Positions 16,129 through 25,964 of a stretch of DNA of 64,000 bases are shown piece after piece. The stretch comes from Actinomycetota bacterium. GTDB lineage: Bacteria; Actinomycetota; Actinomycetes; S36-B12. The stretch lies in the NCBI GenBank assembly GCA_030650795.1, contig JAUSDJ010000017.1, positions 260,077 to 324,076 on the forward strand, written 5' to 3'. Under the pieces are notes generated by a model. That model made no database searches. It had not been told where the DNA came from and worked only from the letters and a program-made list of their open reading frames with translations. The translations under genes were made by a program, and so were the position numbers. Numbering within the stretch: position 1 is the stretch's first letter; every line of letters starts with the position of its first letter.

Positions 16129-19100
16129 CCGAGGACTCCAGACCGGGGATCCTCTTGAGTGCATCCCCGAACTTCGGATAGTTGGTCTTCACACCGTCGT
16201 CAAGGTCAACAGCGATGTTCTCGGATGCCTTCGGGTAGAGCACGTCGTGCTCGTACGCGTTGAGCTCGACAATTATCTTGCGCAGGCGATCCGCCTCCTT
16301 CGCGCTCCCCGCCCTTTCGGCCTGCTGCAGGCTCGACTCGAGCTTGGTCACGTACTCTCGCAAGTACGTCAGCACCGTCGAGACGGTCGACGGTGTGTAG
16401 CGGTGCATGTAGATGAGTGCATTGAAGGAACCCTTAGGGCTGGAGAACAGCCAATAGATCGGCCGCTTCTTGTATCGCTGGACGTGGTCCTTATAGAACG
16501 ACTTCACGAAATAGTCCCGAAGATCCCGCACCCCAAGGGACTCGGTCACAAAAAGCAAGTTCTCCTCGAAATGCTCCTCACCAAAAGACACCCGAAGGAA
16601 CTCTCGGAACCGCCCAACAATGTCATCCTCGAACCAATCACCATCCACAATCGGAATCACATTGTCCGCATCTGGCATGAAACACGGGGCTGGAATCCTC
16701 GCAAGATAGTCCTGCAACTTCGCCCCCTGATCCGCAAGAATCAAACCCGGAGAATCAGGGGAATACCGCCCGAACATGCAACCCACCGCAAAAGAGACCA
16801 AATCCTCTGCCAATTCGCTGACTTGCTGTTCGAACGTAGCGTCAGAATCGCCGTCCCAAGGCAAATCTTGCTCAGCTGGCATCTCTCCGAGGAGCGCGAA
16901 TACGTCTTCAACCAAACGATTGATCGCGCCTTGGGCAGAATCTAAGCGCATCCGTCGTTGTACGCGTGCGGAATGTTCTGATTTGAAAGACCGCTCTACT
17001 TTTCCAGTCTCATAAGCAGACCCGTCTGCCATCCAGGACGGCCGCCTGAAGTCCCATGACGTCTCATACTCATCCCAAGCGTCTTTCGAAAGCTGAATAC
17101 ATCTGGAAGACAATTCGACAAGTGCGTCTGGCAGATCTCGGTAGGGAAGACTTAGGACATGCCCCAACTTGAAGTGCAAAGTTGGCGCGAGCATTTCTAA
17201 GTAACGGTCTACGACAGAACTGTTTAATAGTGCGAGTACCTTCTTCAGAGTGGTCACATCATCGACAAAGCCCATCGGAGCAGTGGCATCAAACATCAAC
17301 CCACCCGGAACCATCCGAGCAGCAAACCTTCCACTTGAGACACTCGACCAAGTCAGGCCGGGACGCAATCCGAATACCCCATTGTAATTATGCGATCTGA
17401 CTCGACCAGTCTTGCTATCCAAATAGTTCTTCGGTCGTCGGCCATCTTGCTCCCAGTCAACGACGTATTCAAGATTTCCATACCACCTTCGGAAAGTTCC
17501 ACCTTTCAAGTAGGGGAACCACCTTTTGCCCGACTGAATTGCTTGATTTTCGTCCGTTAGCCCGAATCCAATTCCCGCTGTGGAGACTTCAAACCAACGT
17601 CGCAGGAATAGGCCATTGTTGCCCGTGGTCATACCTTCTCGCGTTGCCATCGCATCACTCAGGGTCAGAAACGACTCGAACACTTGGTAGTCCCTCTCAG
17701 TTGCCCAATAGGCAATTGGGCAACCTGGCAACTTCAGCAACCTTCGTGGGCGGCTTCGAAACGCCCACCCGCAATCTGGGTTCCGAATAGCTTCTAGAGC
17801 CTTCGGGGCTTGGCTAGTTGCGCCCTTGAAGTCCGCGAGCCGAATGAAGGTTGCCTGGCGGTCCGTTTCATCCTTACACATCGTGAATGCACAGATCGGA
17901 ACCGTGGCACCCTCGAACCCGGAGTACTCCAACTGCACGAGCGATGTCAATGACAACTCGCTTAGTACGAGTTTGCGCAAGGGCTCATACATAGCGATGA
18001 ACATCCACACGAATGGAGTCATCAGGCCACAATGCCCCTGCGTCAAAAGGAACGTCACGCCTCGCGATACGTATGCTGCAAAGAGATCCGATTTATACTC
18101 GGCAAAGTTAACCTGCAACCAACCCGCGAGCAGTGCATTTAGGTTCTTGCTGCTCATGTACGGAGGGTTTGCAACGACGATGTGGTAGCGCTGGGACAGG
18201 TATTCGCTTTGAGTCAAGACCGTGTTGGCGTTGTCGACGAGTCGCTGGTTCAGTAAATGGTCTGAATGGATCGATGCTTGAACATGCGCCCGAAGTTCAG
18301 GAATGAGGACTTCGTTTGGCTGAATCAGGGATCCGAAAGTGTCGGCGTGTTCGAAGGCCTGCCAGAAGTCTTCTTCAACGAACCGGTCTCCCCCACGCGT
18401 GACAAGCTCATCCAATTCGTCGGTGGTGAAATGGACGTTCTGCAGGACGCAAATGTTGGGTTGGGTGCCGGTGTTGAAGAACGTGCGTTGCTTGGCGCGG
18501 GCTTTCATCGCTAGCGCGAACGCGGCCAAAGAACCGGCCCGCTGGTCGATCTCAACCCCGAACAAGTTGTTGCCCAAGATCAAGCTGGGGATGTCGGCGG
18601 GTGCGTAACCGGCCTCCTGATAGATCGCGTACAGCAGATCAAAGGCGTACGTGAGCATGTGACCAGACCCGCAAGCCGGGTCGATGATCTTCAACTCCTC
18701 TGGCCTGGTGATGCGGAGAAAATCGGTCTCTTCATCAACCGGGGCGATGTAGTAGTCCATCTGATCCACCAGCGCAGACTCAGGATGGTTCAACATCCAA
18801 AGACGACCAAGGGAGTTCTCAACCAGGTACCGGACAATCCAATGGGGAGTGAACAACTGCGTTGCCGCCGGGATCTCCGCAGCACCAGCCTTCTTGCCCT
18901 GTTTAAACCCCGCGAAAACCTCATCTTTACGCTCGGCAACATAGAACTGGTACAGCCAACCAATGACCTCAACGTCGCGGCACACCTCGGGCGTCAACAC
19001 CGCCACCGCCCGGCTGCGCACCGAATCATCAGCCAACAAATTCCCTGGAATCAGCAGCTCAGTGAAGTCGCCTTCGCGCTCGAACATGAACGGCATTGCC

Positions 19101-19582
19101 CGGTTCCAGTAGCGGCAGTAATCCGCGAGCAGGAGCGCGTACGCCTCCGCTTGAGCATCAACGCCCTGCCGAGGCCGACGAGTGTCGTTGAGTAGGCCCC
19201 TGATTGCAGTGACGTCTGCCGCCTTGGTGACAACAATCTTGTCAACTTGATCGCGCTTGGCAGCAGCAAGAACCTCGGGCTGACCGATCTGGTCTATCGC
19301 GGGCGACACCACACCGATGCCGGTGTAACCGTTGGCGTCCATGAATCTCAGCGCGATGATGCGGTTGAACCAGACGTATGCGACCTTGTCGGCCACATGC
19401 TTCCTGCCGACGTCTCCCCCTCCAGCGGCCGCGACTTCCCTCTCCAGAGAAGCGACGGTCCCGGCTTGCTCCACGCGCTCTGGAGAACCTTGCGCGACCA
19501 CCGCGACGATCCGCGCCGTGACTTCTCGGATCAATTCAGTCCGAGCCGACGTAGCAAAGGACTTAAGCGGTGCAGTCTCCAT
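16121..19582 (-). CDS. pglX: BREX PglX N6-adenine DNA methyltransferase
   Basis: 1153-aa ORF with the SAM-binding motif IIDPACGSGHML and the catalytic motif VVANPPYM. Confidence 0.9.
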   Translation of the reverse strand: METAPLKSFATSARTELIREVTARIVAVVAQGSPERVEQAGTVASLEREVAAAGGGDVGRKHVADKVAYVWFNRIIALRFMDANGYTGIGVVSPAIDQIGQPEVLAAAKRDQVDKIVVTKAADVTAIRGLLNDTRRPRQGVDAQAEAYALLLADYCRYWNRAMPFMFEREGDFTELLIPGNLLADDSVRSRAVAVLTPEVCRDVEVIGWLYQFYVAERKDEVFAGFKQGKKAGAAEIPAATQLFTPHWIVRYLVENSLGRLWMLNHPESALVDQMDYYIAPVDEETDFLRITRPEELKIIDPACGSGHMLTYAFDLLYAIYQEAGYAPADIPSLILGNNLFGVEIDQRAGSLAAFALAMKARAKQRTFFNTGTQPNICVLQNVHFTTDELDELVTRGGDRFVEEDFWQAFEHADTFGSLIQPNEVLIPELRAHVQASIHSDHLLNQRLVDNANTVLTQSEYLSQRYHIVVANPPYMSSKNLNALLAGWLQVNFAEYKSDLFAAYVSRGVTFLLTQGHCGLMTPFVWMFIAMYEPLRKLVLSELSLTSLVQLEYSGFEGATVPICAFTMCKDETDRQATFIRLADFKGATSQAPKALEAIRNPDCGWAFRSRPRRLLKLPGCPIAYWATERDYQVFESFLTLSDAMATREGMTTGNNGLFLRRWFEVSTAGIGFGLTDENQAIQSGKRWFPYLKGGTFRRWYGNLEYVVDWEQDGRRPKNYLDSKTGRVRSHNYNGVFGLRPGLTWSSVSSGRFAARMVPGGLMFDATAPMGFVDDVTTLKKVLALLNSSVVDRYLEMLAPTLHFKLGHVLSLPYRDLPDALVELSSRCIQLSKDAWDEYETSWDFRRPSWMADGSAYETGKVERSFKSEHSARVQRRMRLDSAQGAINRLVEDVFALLGEMPAEQDLPWDGDSDATFEQQVSELAEDLVSFAVGCMFGRYSPDSPGLILADQGAKLQDYLARIPAPCFMPDADNVIPIVDGDWFEDDIVGRFREFLRVSFGEEHFEENLLFVTESLGVRDLRDYFVKSFYKDHVQRYKKRPIYWLFSSPKGSFNALIYMHRYTPSTVSTVLTYLREYVTKLESSLQQAERAGSAKEADRLRKIIVELNAYEHDVLYPKASENIAVDLDDGVKTNYPKFGDALKRIPGLESSDE

Positions 19583-22500
19583 CAGTTCGAGATTCGCTTT
19601 CCGCCATTGATCGTCTGCACCAGGGCAGTACGGAGCGACGCGAGGTACGCATCCACGTCAGATTCGGTTTCAATAATGGTCGGCCCACCTACTGCCTTGA
19701 CGGTGGTAACTGCGACCGTGGGCTTCTGGGGTGCGTCCTTTGAAGAGGTGGATTGGGTGAGCTGGTCGATGATGCCGGGGTATACGTTCGACTCGAAGTT
19801 CGTGCCGGTTTGCTGGATGACCGCGATGAGACTCTCGTTGTCGAGCCCAGCGAGCAAGTGGTTCACGCTGTCGACCGCCGCTTTCTGCGCGGCCTCCGTT
19901 GCCGCCTTGTAGAAGGACTGGGACTGGAGGCCGGTGAACTTGACGGCGACTGTTGTCCTAACCGTGGCTCGGGACTCACTGACCTTGCTGTCGAGGAGTC
20001 CCTTGAGAGTGTCGGATGCCGCCTTGAGCTGGTTCATCTTGTTGCCGCGGAAGGCGTTGGGGTCTGCAAGCAGAGCGTTGACGTCTTCGGCAGTGCCGTC
20101 CGGGACGTAGCTCAGGTTGCCGCTGTTGGTGTTTAGCAGACTTTGCGCATCGTCGAAAATCTTGCCCTGCTGACCCTTGAGGAAGGCTCTGATCGGGTCG
20201 ACCAAGTTCTCCTTGGCATCCACAAGCTGATCGGCACTGTCGAACTGACCGAGGTACCAGTCGGCGGGCTTTCCTATGACGTGGTCGAGCAGTGTGACAA
20301 CACCGGCGAGTTGGCTGACGAACGGATACCGACTGGTGCTCACCAGCGCATTGAGTTCTTCGCGTTTGGCTGCGAGCTTGTCCTTCCCGAATCGAGCCAA
20401 CTCCGTAGGGTCGCTCGGCACGCCGCCCTCGTCGAAGAAGTCCGTGCAGAACTTCTTGAACGCTGCCATCTTGGTCTCGTCATAGACCTTCTGGGGGGCA
20501 ACGATGGTGTGCTGCTGCTTGGCAGTGTTGCGAATCAGGACTGCGGCCTCAGTGCGCACCACAGGGTTTGCATCAACGCTGAGGGTGACCTTGCCGTTGC
20601 CTACGAGCCAACCCAGCACAACCTCGATAGAGCCGAGGTCCCAGCCATAGGGCTTTGTCTCGAAGCGCCCGACGATCTTCTTGACCGTCACCTGCTCACC
20701 GAGATTGGTCTGGGAGACGATCCACGATTCCACTTCGGTGCCAGGTGAGGCGAGCACGGTCAGGTTCTCCGACCCGAACAGGCCTTGGTCGTTTTGAACT
20801 GCACCTGCGACCTGCTGCTCGGTGAAAACCTTGCCACCGAGCAGGCTGAGGTTCGTATACGTGCGGCTGACGAGTTCTTGGAAGCCGTCGGACACCCGCG
20901 TTTGGGCATCCTGCGAACTGGACTTAACTTCGGCAGCGTTGATGAAGAGCTGGGCCTTACCAACGGCTTGGCGAAGGCGCTCGATGAGTTCCTTCTCGCG
21001 GTCGGCATTGAGCAGCTGCTTTGACTGCAGGATCGCCTGCATTGTCGGAGTTGCGCCCGAGTTGGTGCGTTGCTTGGTGTACTTCTCGGTCTTCAGTAGC
21101 AGACGAAGGTCTGACAGCAGCCGCTTGTCGCGACCGAGGAACACGCGTAGCTCATCCTTGCCCGCGCCCTGCATCTTGATCTCGTCGTCTGTGTAGCTCG
21201 TCTCCGGCGTAATGAAATGGACGGTGAGCTCACGCTGGTTGCCCTGAACGATGTCGTCGAGCTTGTACCCGAACGCGAAGTCCTGCTGATTCTTGGTGTA
21301 TTTGAGCTTGTTCGTCTTGAAGATGTCGGACGAGAGGTACTTGAAGAGCTTGCTAGAGAGTTCGGAGGAGTCGATATCGACCGCCTTAATCTCCTTCTCG
21401 ATTTCCTGCTCCTCGTTGGTGAGGTAGTCGTAGACGTTTCCATTTCGCTGCGCGTAGGACTGTGTCTCCAGCAGGTTGAGCGCCTCTTGCACCTGGTCGC
21501 CCAGGGCCTTGAGGTCGAGACCGAAGCGGTCATATACCAGCACGGTTAGGTTGCGAGGCGTGGCCTTGAAGTTGTCGACATACTTCACGAGAAACAAGGC
21601 CTTGAGCAGGCGGTTCGCGAGAATCGTGACGTCGGATGTGGGGTCAGGCAGGTGCCTTTCGGCCTGGAGAATGGCACTCTGCGCTGCCGCCTTGAGCGCA
21701 GCGCTAATGCCGGAGAACATCTGATCGAACGTGGCTAAATAGCCCACCTGTTCGCCGCCGATGCGCTTGGCAACCTCTTGGACCACACCGAGCATTGAGC
21801 GCTCACCTACCGAACTGTTTCGCCCCTCGAACATGTTGTGATCGGACAATCCCTCAATAGATGCCTGGAACATCGGAATCTGATAAGTCACGAAGGGGTA
21901 AGTCCCAATGAAGTGGCTTTCATCAACGTAGTTGCGATACGTCTTCGCGCCGTCAACGAAGTCGAATATCGTCTTGAAGTTCGCGGCCTCCTCGGCGTGG
22001 ATGGCCTTGAGTTCGACGGAGCCTGCATCGTTCTTCTCTAAGAGTCGTTTACTAATGACTTCTTCGACATCGGCGCTGGTGAGCTTCACGCGAATCCTGA
22101 AGCGGGCCTGAATCTTCGAGAAGTCGTTTTCCTGCTGACGGGTCTGGTCACCGATCACCTTCTCCATATCCTCCTGCGAGGTAACGAAGACCCACGACTG
22201 CCCCTTGCACTTCGTGTTGAGAGACTCGGCAATGGTCTGAAGATTGAGCATGAGTTTCACGTCGTCAGCTACGAACTGGCCAACCTCGTCAACGAAAAAA
22301 TTGAGGCGGTAGCCCGCCTCCTGCGTGTCAATCCACGCTTTGACCGAGTCGGCGAAGTCTTCGATCGATACGGCATACGAGGCTTGGTACTGGCCGATGA
22401 TGCCGGGGTTTGCTTCGCCGTTGACCTCGGCAAACGCCTTGTCGACGTTGTGCGCTTCGAGAGCTGTTTGCTCGCGGCCTTGTGTCCAGTCGATGCCCGC

Positions 22501-23055
22501 GTGCTTCCGGAATGCGGTCTTGAACTCGTCGTACTGATCGCGCTTGTCAAGATCTTCCTCGAAGCGCGCTACCGCGCCGTCGTTTCCAAAGTAGCCGCGA
22601 CTCTCGTCGAAGACCTTGACGAAGACCTTGAGCAAGGCGTCCGTCTGGTCCTTGGCGATCAGGTTCGCCTTCTGATCGATGTTGAACAGCAGGCTCTTGG
22701 CGGGGATCGCCGCGGCCTTCTTCAGCGCGGCGATGAGCATCGCGTCGTCGGTCTTACCCATGAAGCTGTCACTCACTTGAGACCGCGGAAATTCCTGACC
22801 TTCCACGTCGCCGAGCAGGTGGGCGAGCATCTTCAAGAGGTGCGACTTGCCGGAACCGAAGAAGCCCGAGATCCAGACGCCGTTTGCGTTCGTGTAGTTG
22901 GAGTACTCCTCCAGCAGCGGGGCCACGCCCTTGGCCGCGTCGTTTGTGAGGACGTACTCCTCGACCTCGATCCCCAGGTGATCAAAGTCGTCGGCCTTGA
23001 CCACGCCCTCGATGGAGCGGGTGACGTCTTTGCGGAAGATCTCGTTGAGTCTCAT
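19582..23055 (-). CDS. brxC: BREX BrxC/PglY P-loop ATPase
   Basis: 1157-aa ORF with Walker A GFFGSGKSHLLKML near the N-terminus, positioned between brxB and pglX. Confidence 0.85.
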   Translation of the reverse strand: MRLNEIFRKDVTRSIEGVVKADDFDHLGIEVEEYVLTNDAAKGVAPLLEEYSNYTNANGVWISGFFGSGKSHLLKMLAHLLGDVEGQEFPRSQVSDSFMGKTDDAMLIAALKKAAAIPAKSLLFNIDQKANLIAKDQTDALLKVFVKVFDESRGYFGNDGAVARFEEDLDKRDQYDEFKTAFRKHAGIDWTQGREQTALEAHNVDKAFAEVNGEANPGIIGQYQASYAVSIEDFADSVKAWIDTQEAGYRLNFFVDEVGQFVADDVKLMLNLQTIAESLNTKCKGQSWVFVTSQEDMEKVIGDQTRQQENDFSKIQARFRIRVKLTSADVEEVISKRLLEKNDAGSVELKAIHAEEAANFKTIFDFVDGAKTYRNYVDESHFIGTYPFVTYQIPMFQASIEGLSDHNMFEGRNSSVGERSMLGVVQEVAKRIGGEQVGYLATFDQMFSGISAALKAAAQSAILQAERHLPDPTSDVTILANRLLKALFLVKYVDNFKATPRNLTVLVYDRFGLDLKALGDQVQEALNLLETQSYAQRNGNVYDYLTNEEQEIEKEIKAVDIDSSELSSKLFKYLSSDIFKTNKLKYTKNQQDFAFGYKLDDIVQGNQRELTVHFITPETSYTDDEIKMQGAGKDELRVFLGRDKRLLSDLRLLLKTEKYTKQRTNSGATPTMQAILQSKQLLNADREKELIERLRQAVGKAQLFINAAEVKSSSQDAQTRVSDGFQELVSRTYTNLSLLGGKVFTEQQVAGAVQNDQGLFGSENLTVLASPGTEVESWIVSQTNLGEQVTVKKIVGRFETKPYGWDLGSIEVVLGWLVGNGKVTLSVDANPVVRTEAAVLIRNTAKQQHTIVAPQKVYDETKMAAFKKFCTDFFDEGGVPSDPTELARFGKDKLAAKREELNALVSTSRYPFVSQLAGVVTLLDHVIGKPADWYLGQFDSADQLVDAKENLVDPIRAFLKGQQGKIFDDAQSLLNTNSGNLSYVPDGTAEDVNALLADPNAFRGNKMNQLKAASDTLKGLLDSKVSESRATVRTTVAVKFTGLQSQSFYKAATEAAQKAAVDSVNHLLAGLDNESLIAVIQQTGTNFESNVYPGIIDQLTQSTSSKDAPQKPTVAVTTVKAVGGPTIIETESDVDAYLASLRTALVQTINGGKRISN

Positions 23056-23058
23056 ATG

Positions 23059-23673
23059 TCAAGCTTCCTGATCGAGGATGCGCTTCGCGCGGTAAAAGGA
23101 GTCGTCCTTGAGTTGGCCGAAGAGGACTAGCGAAGAGCCCTGCGTGGTGGACACGTCGTACCTGCCGGGGAAGAACATCAGCATTGGCGCGTCGGAGACG
23201 ACGGTTTGCAGGTTATTGAGCACCGTGTGTGAGCGTATGAACGGAAAGACTTCCCCGATGCCGGTGAGGAAGAGGATGTCGAAGGTCTCGCCGTCTATGC
23301 GGGACTTGATGGCTGGGGCGAGATGAATCTGGGGGTCGAGCATGTTCTGGAGCATCTTGAGGAAGTCACGCTTGTCCATCGTTGGCTCGGCTGCGATTAC
23401 GCGATCCCAGACGTTGCGCTCTTTGAGAAGTTCGACGCTGAGGTCGTAAAGATTGATCTCGAAGACCTTGATGCCTACTTCGGTTTCGAGCTTGGTCTTG
23501 ATGCGCCTCTTGGCCTGAGCAACGTCGAGCGCCCAAGTCTGGTCGTAGTCATAGATGAAGTGGGCGACCTCGTTGCCCAGCCCCTCCATCTTGAGGAAGC
23601 GCTCGCTGCTGAGCACCTTGAACAGGTGCTCCTCCTGCTGGGTCAGCGTGGTCTTGGCTCGCACACTCATCAC
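23059..23673 (-). CDS. brxB: BREX BrxB (DUF1788)
   Basis: 204-aa ORF with a 4-nt overlap with brxA and DUF1788-like segments (FIYDYDQ, LFLTGIGEVFPFIRSH). Confidence 0.8.
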   Translation of the reverse strand: MMSVRAKTTLTQQEEHLFKVLSSERFLKMEGLGNEVAHFIYDYDQTWALDVAQAKRRIKTKLETEVGIKVFEINLYDLSVELLKERNVWDRVIAAEPTMDKRDFLKMLQNMLDPQIHLAPAIKSRIDGETFDILFLTGIGEVFPFIRSHTVLNNLQTVVSDAPMLMFFPGRYDVSTTQGSSLVLFGQLKDDSFYRAKRILDQEA

Positions 23674-24296
23674 GCCACCCTCGACGGGAAGAACCGGATG
23701 TCGCTAGGGGTGCGCTGATTGAGGCACTCCGCGACGCGGGTTGAGAGCAGGACGGGCTCGATATCGCCTTGCTTAGTCAGCAGACCGGCTTCGACCATCA
23801 TCTTGAAGAGCACCTGGCGGAGCTTCTTGTAAGAGAGATCAGTGACCTCGTCGAGTTCACCGTGCCACATGGCCTTGGAGCGATAGAACGAGTCGTAGTC
23901 CTCGTATGCGAGTGTGCCGACCAGTGTGAGGAACCGCTCGTGCAACACTTCCTCCGCGAACTCAGCGATCAGGAGGTAACTGCGGCAGGCGGCCGCCCAC
24001 ATCAAGTGGCCCCGCTCCGTGGACGTACCTTCCGCGACGATCTGCAGCTCTGCGTCGGTCAGGACTTGGAGTCGAGGGATGAGTGCGCCCAGTTTTCTGG
24101 TGGTTGACGCCGAGACCCGAGCTTGAAGAAGGTTTTCCATTTTGACTCGGGCGCGGGTCTTCGCCCAGTCACGATCCTCGAGATATATGGGGGTGACTAC
24201 GGCCGCTTCACCAGCGAGCAGTGCACCGCTAGTAAACGAAAGCGCATACGCCGCCGAATTCGTCATTACCGCCCTCACGCTTGTCTCCCCCGTCAC
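23670..24296 (-). CDS. brxA: BREX BrxA (DUF1819)
   Basis: 198-208 aa and the first gene of the locus. The call rests on size and position plus DUF1819-like sequence. An alternative ATG start lies at 24266. Confidence 0.75.
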   Translation of the reverse strand: MTGETSVRAVMTNSAAYALSFTSGALLAGEAAVVTPIYLEDRDWAKTRARVKMENLLQARVSASTTRKLGALIPRLQVLTDAELQIVAEGTSTERGHLMWAAACRSYLLIAEFAEEVLHERFLTLVGTLAYEDYDSFYRSKAMWHGELDEVTDLSYKKLRQVLFKMMVEAGLLTKQGDIEPVLLSTRVAECLNQRTPSDIRFFPSRVA

Positions 24297-24361
24297 CCTG
24301 ATCTGAAACCGCCAAACTATGACCGGCCTACGACAACGCTGCCTTCCGTCGAGTCATACAG

Positions 24362-24544
24362 TCATCCCGCCGCTGCGCCGTCGCTGGAAGCAGCACCCCC
24401 GCCCCGGACCCAGTCGTCCACCTCACTCGTTTGGAACTTCCAAAGTCGGCCCACCTTGTGCGCGGGCATCCGCTTGTCCACGATCCAGGAGTAGACAGTG
24501 TCCTTTGTGACGCCTAAGTGAACGGCGATGTCTTCGGCGGACAT
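24362..24544 (-). CDS. Excisionase-family (HTH_17/MerR-like) DNA-binding protein, 60 aa
   Basis: The product is MSAEDIAVHLGVTKDTVYSWIVDKRMPAHKVGRLWKFQTSEVDDWV. The gene is co-oriented with brxA and ends 65 bp upstream of it. Confidence 0.7.
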   Translation of the reverse strand: MSAEDIAVHLGVTKDTVYSWIVDKRMPAHKVGRLWKFQTSEVDDWVRGGGAASSDGAAAG

Positions 24545-24665
24545 CCAAGGCTCGGACACTCGAATGAACCTCCTAGGACTGCCCGCTTTCGAGGCGAGCA
24601 AACCAGATTCTAGTCCTGTCTTGCCGGGTCTAGCATTGTTTCGTGAAGGCTTCCTCCACGAGTCA

Positions 24666-24704
24666 GCGAACTTGCGAGGTACCGAGGGGGTCACACCGTT
24701 GACA
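24666..24704 (+). promoter_or_regulatory. Island intergenic motif copy B (ends in TTGACA)
   Basis: GCGAACTTGCGAGGTACCGAGGGGGTCACACCGTTGACA lies in the divergent gap between the HTH gene and the DUF4192 gene. Confidence 0.5.
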
Positions 24705-24743
24705 GGGTAGAGATCGCGATTGGCGCGGTCCTGACCGAGAGGC

Positions 24744-25883
24744 GTGACCATGTCCGATCCCCGCACAACTGCCCCAACGGGTGTCCCTGAGCGGCTGACC
24801 TTGTCCAGCCCTGATGCGTTCCTCGCGGCCATTCCGCACCTGCTGGGCTTTCCTCCCCGCGATTCCGTCGTCCTGGTTGGTCTGGCCGATGATGGCTCAG
24901 GGCGTGAGACGATTCGGCTGACCCAGCGGTTCGATCGCCCAGGTACAGACTTGACCGCTTTACAGCTGGCTGACCTCGCTCAGGCCGCCACCGATCCCAT
25001 GGCGGCAAGTGGCTCGACCTCGGTGATTGTCGCGGTCTTCGGGGATGAGAACCCGGCCCGTACCGATGTGCTGCCAGCCACTGGCCTGGTCGACCAGCTG
25101 GTTGAGGCCTTGGACGAGCGTGACCTGTGGGTCAAGGACGCGCTGTATACCGATGGGGCCTCGCGCTGGTCGTATGGCTGCCAGAACCCCGCGTGCTGCC
25201 CCATCGAAGGGGCGCCGATCGCAGATGAGTTGCGCACGATGATTGCCGCGGAGTTCGCCGGGGCCGGCGCGGCGATGGCCCCGTCTCGACAGGCCCTCCG
25301 GGATGAGGTCGCCCCGGATTCAACTTCGATCGAACGCGTGGCTGAGCTGATCCCGGCGCATGCGGCCCCCTCCGGCGATGTGGAGGGGTGGCGCGATGAG
25401 GCCATCGGCCAGATCGCCGGCCTGCGCCAGGATCCGGCCCCGTCACCTCAGACCATCGCGGCGGTCACCGCCGGCCTGCAGGACATCCGCGTGCGCGACA
25501 CCGCGCTGTGGGAAATGGCCCACGACAGCACTGACTCGACCAACACCATGTCCGGACTGAACGCGGCACTGCGCAGCGCCCCAGACGGCTATGTCGCGCC
25601 GGTCGCAACAACGCTGGCCATTCAGCACTGGACCCGCGGCGACGGAGCCCGCGCGAACGCCTGCCTGGACCGGGCAGCCGACGATGACCCGAACTACTCG
25701 CTGGCCTCGATGGTCAGTACGGCAATCGGTCGCGCTCTGCCGCCGTCATCGTGGACCGAAGTCATGCAGCAACTGGATCGGACCAGCTGCCGCCACGGGA
25801 ACTCTGCTCCGCCCCAGGCCTGGTCTGTGCGGCGATCACCGTCGATGCCGATGACCGCGTCCGGCCCAACCTTGGCCATCTGA
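24744..25883 (+). CDS. DUF4192-family protein (common in actinobacterial plasmids and ICEs)
   Basis: The N-terminal signature is LTLSSPDAFLAAIPHLLGFPPRDSVVLVGL. The length is 379 aa. Confidence 0.7.
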   Translation: MTMSDPRTTAPTGVPERLTLSSPDAFLAAIPHLLGFPPRDSVVLVGLADDGSGRETIRLTQRFDRPGTDLTALQLADLAQAATDPMAASGSTSVIVAVFGDENPARTDVLPATGLVDQLVEALDERDLWVKDALYTDGASRWSYGCQNPACCPIEGAPIADELRTMIAAEFAGAGAAMAPSRQALRDEVAPDSTSIERVAELIPAHAAPSGDVEGWRDEAIGQIAGLRQDPAPSPQTIAAVTAGLQDIRVRDTALWEMAHDSTDSTNTMSGLNAALRSAPDGYVAPVATTLAIQHWTRGDGARANACLDRAADDDPNYSLASMVSTAIGRALPPSSWTEVMQQLDRTSCRHGNSAPPQAWSVRRSPSMPMTASGPTLAI

Positions 25884-25964
25884 CCTTTCCGCGTGAGCAC
25901 GTCCAGCGCAGCGCTCCATGCGTCGCGCCCCCGCTGCCCGAATAATTTCCTGATTGGAGTTGCT

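Larger units (their letters stand above)
11482..24296 (-). other. Complete type 1 BREX defence locus (brxA-brxB-brxC-pglX-pglZ-brxL)
   Basis: Six co-oriented, tightly packed or overlapping genes in the canonical type 1 order, each with its family motifs (see the individual CDS entries). Confidence 0.9.

Noticed and set aside
16450-19000. Apparent GC dip inside pglX, suggesting a swapped target-recognition module
   Set aside because: Manual 60-nt spot counts gave about 48-58% in pglX. Similar values (50-53%) turned up in brxC samples, and core genes also vary from 42 to 68%. The contrast is not robust without a proper sliding-window calculation.
24699-24704. Reading the TTGACA/TTGATA/TTGAAC end of the three-copy motif as a standard sigma70 -35 box
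   Set aside because: No acceptable TANNNT -10 hexamer lies 16-18 bp downstream in any of the three copies. The motif is therefore reported as a regulatory element of unknown type rather than as a defined promoter.
24362-24832. Long 156-aa version of the HTH ORF
   Set aside because: Its upstream 96 codons cover intergenic motif B, which recurs in two clearly non-coding places, and they overlap the DUF4192 gene start. Only the C-terminal 60 aa (from ATG 24544) look like a real excisionase-type HTH protein.
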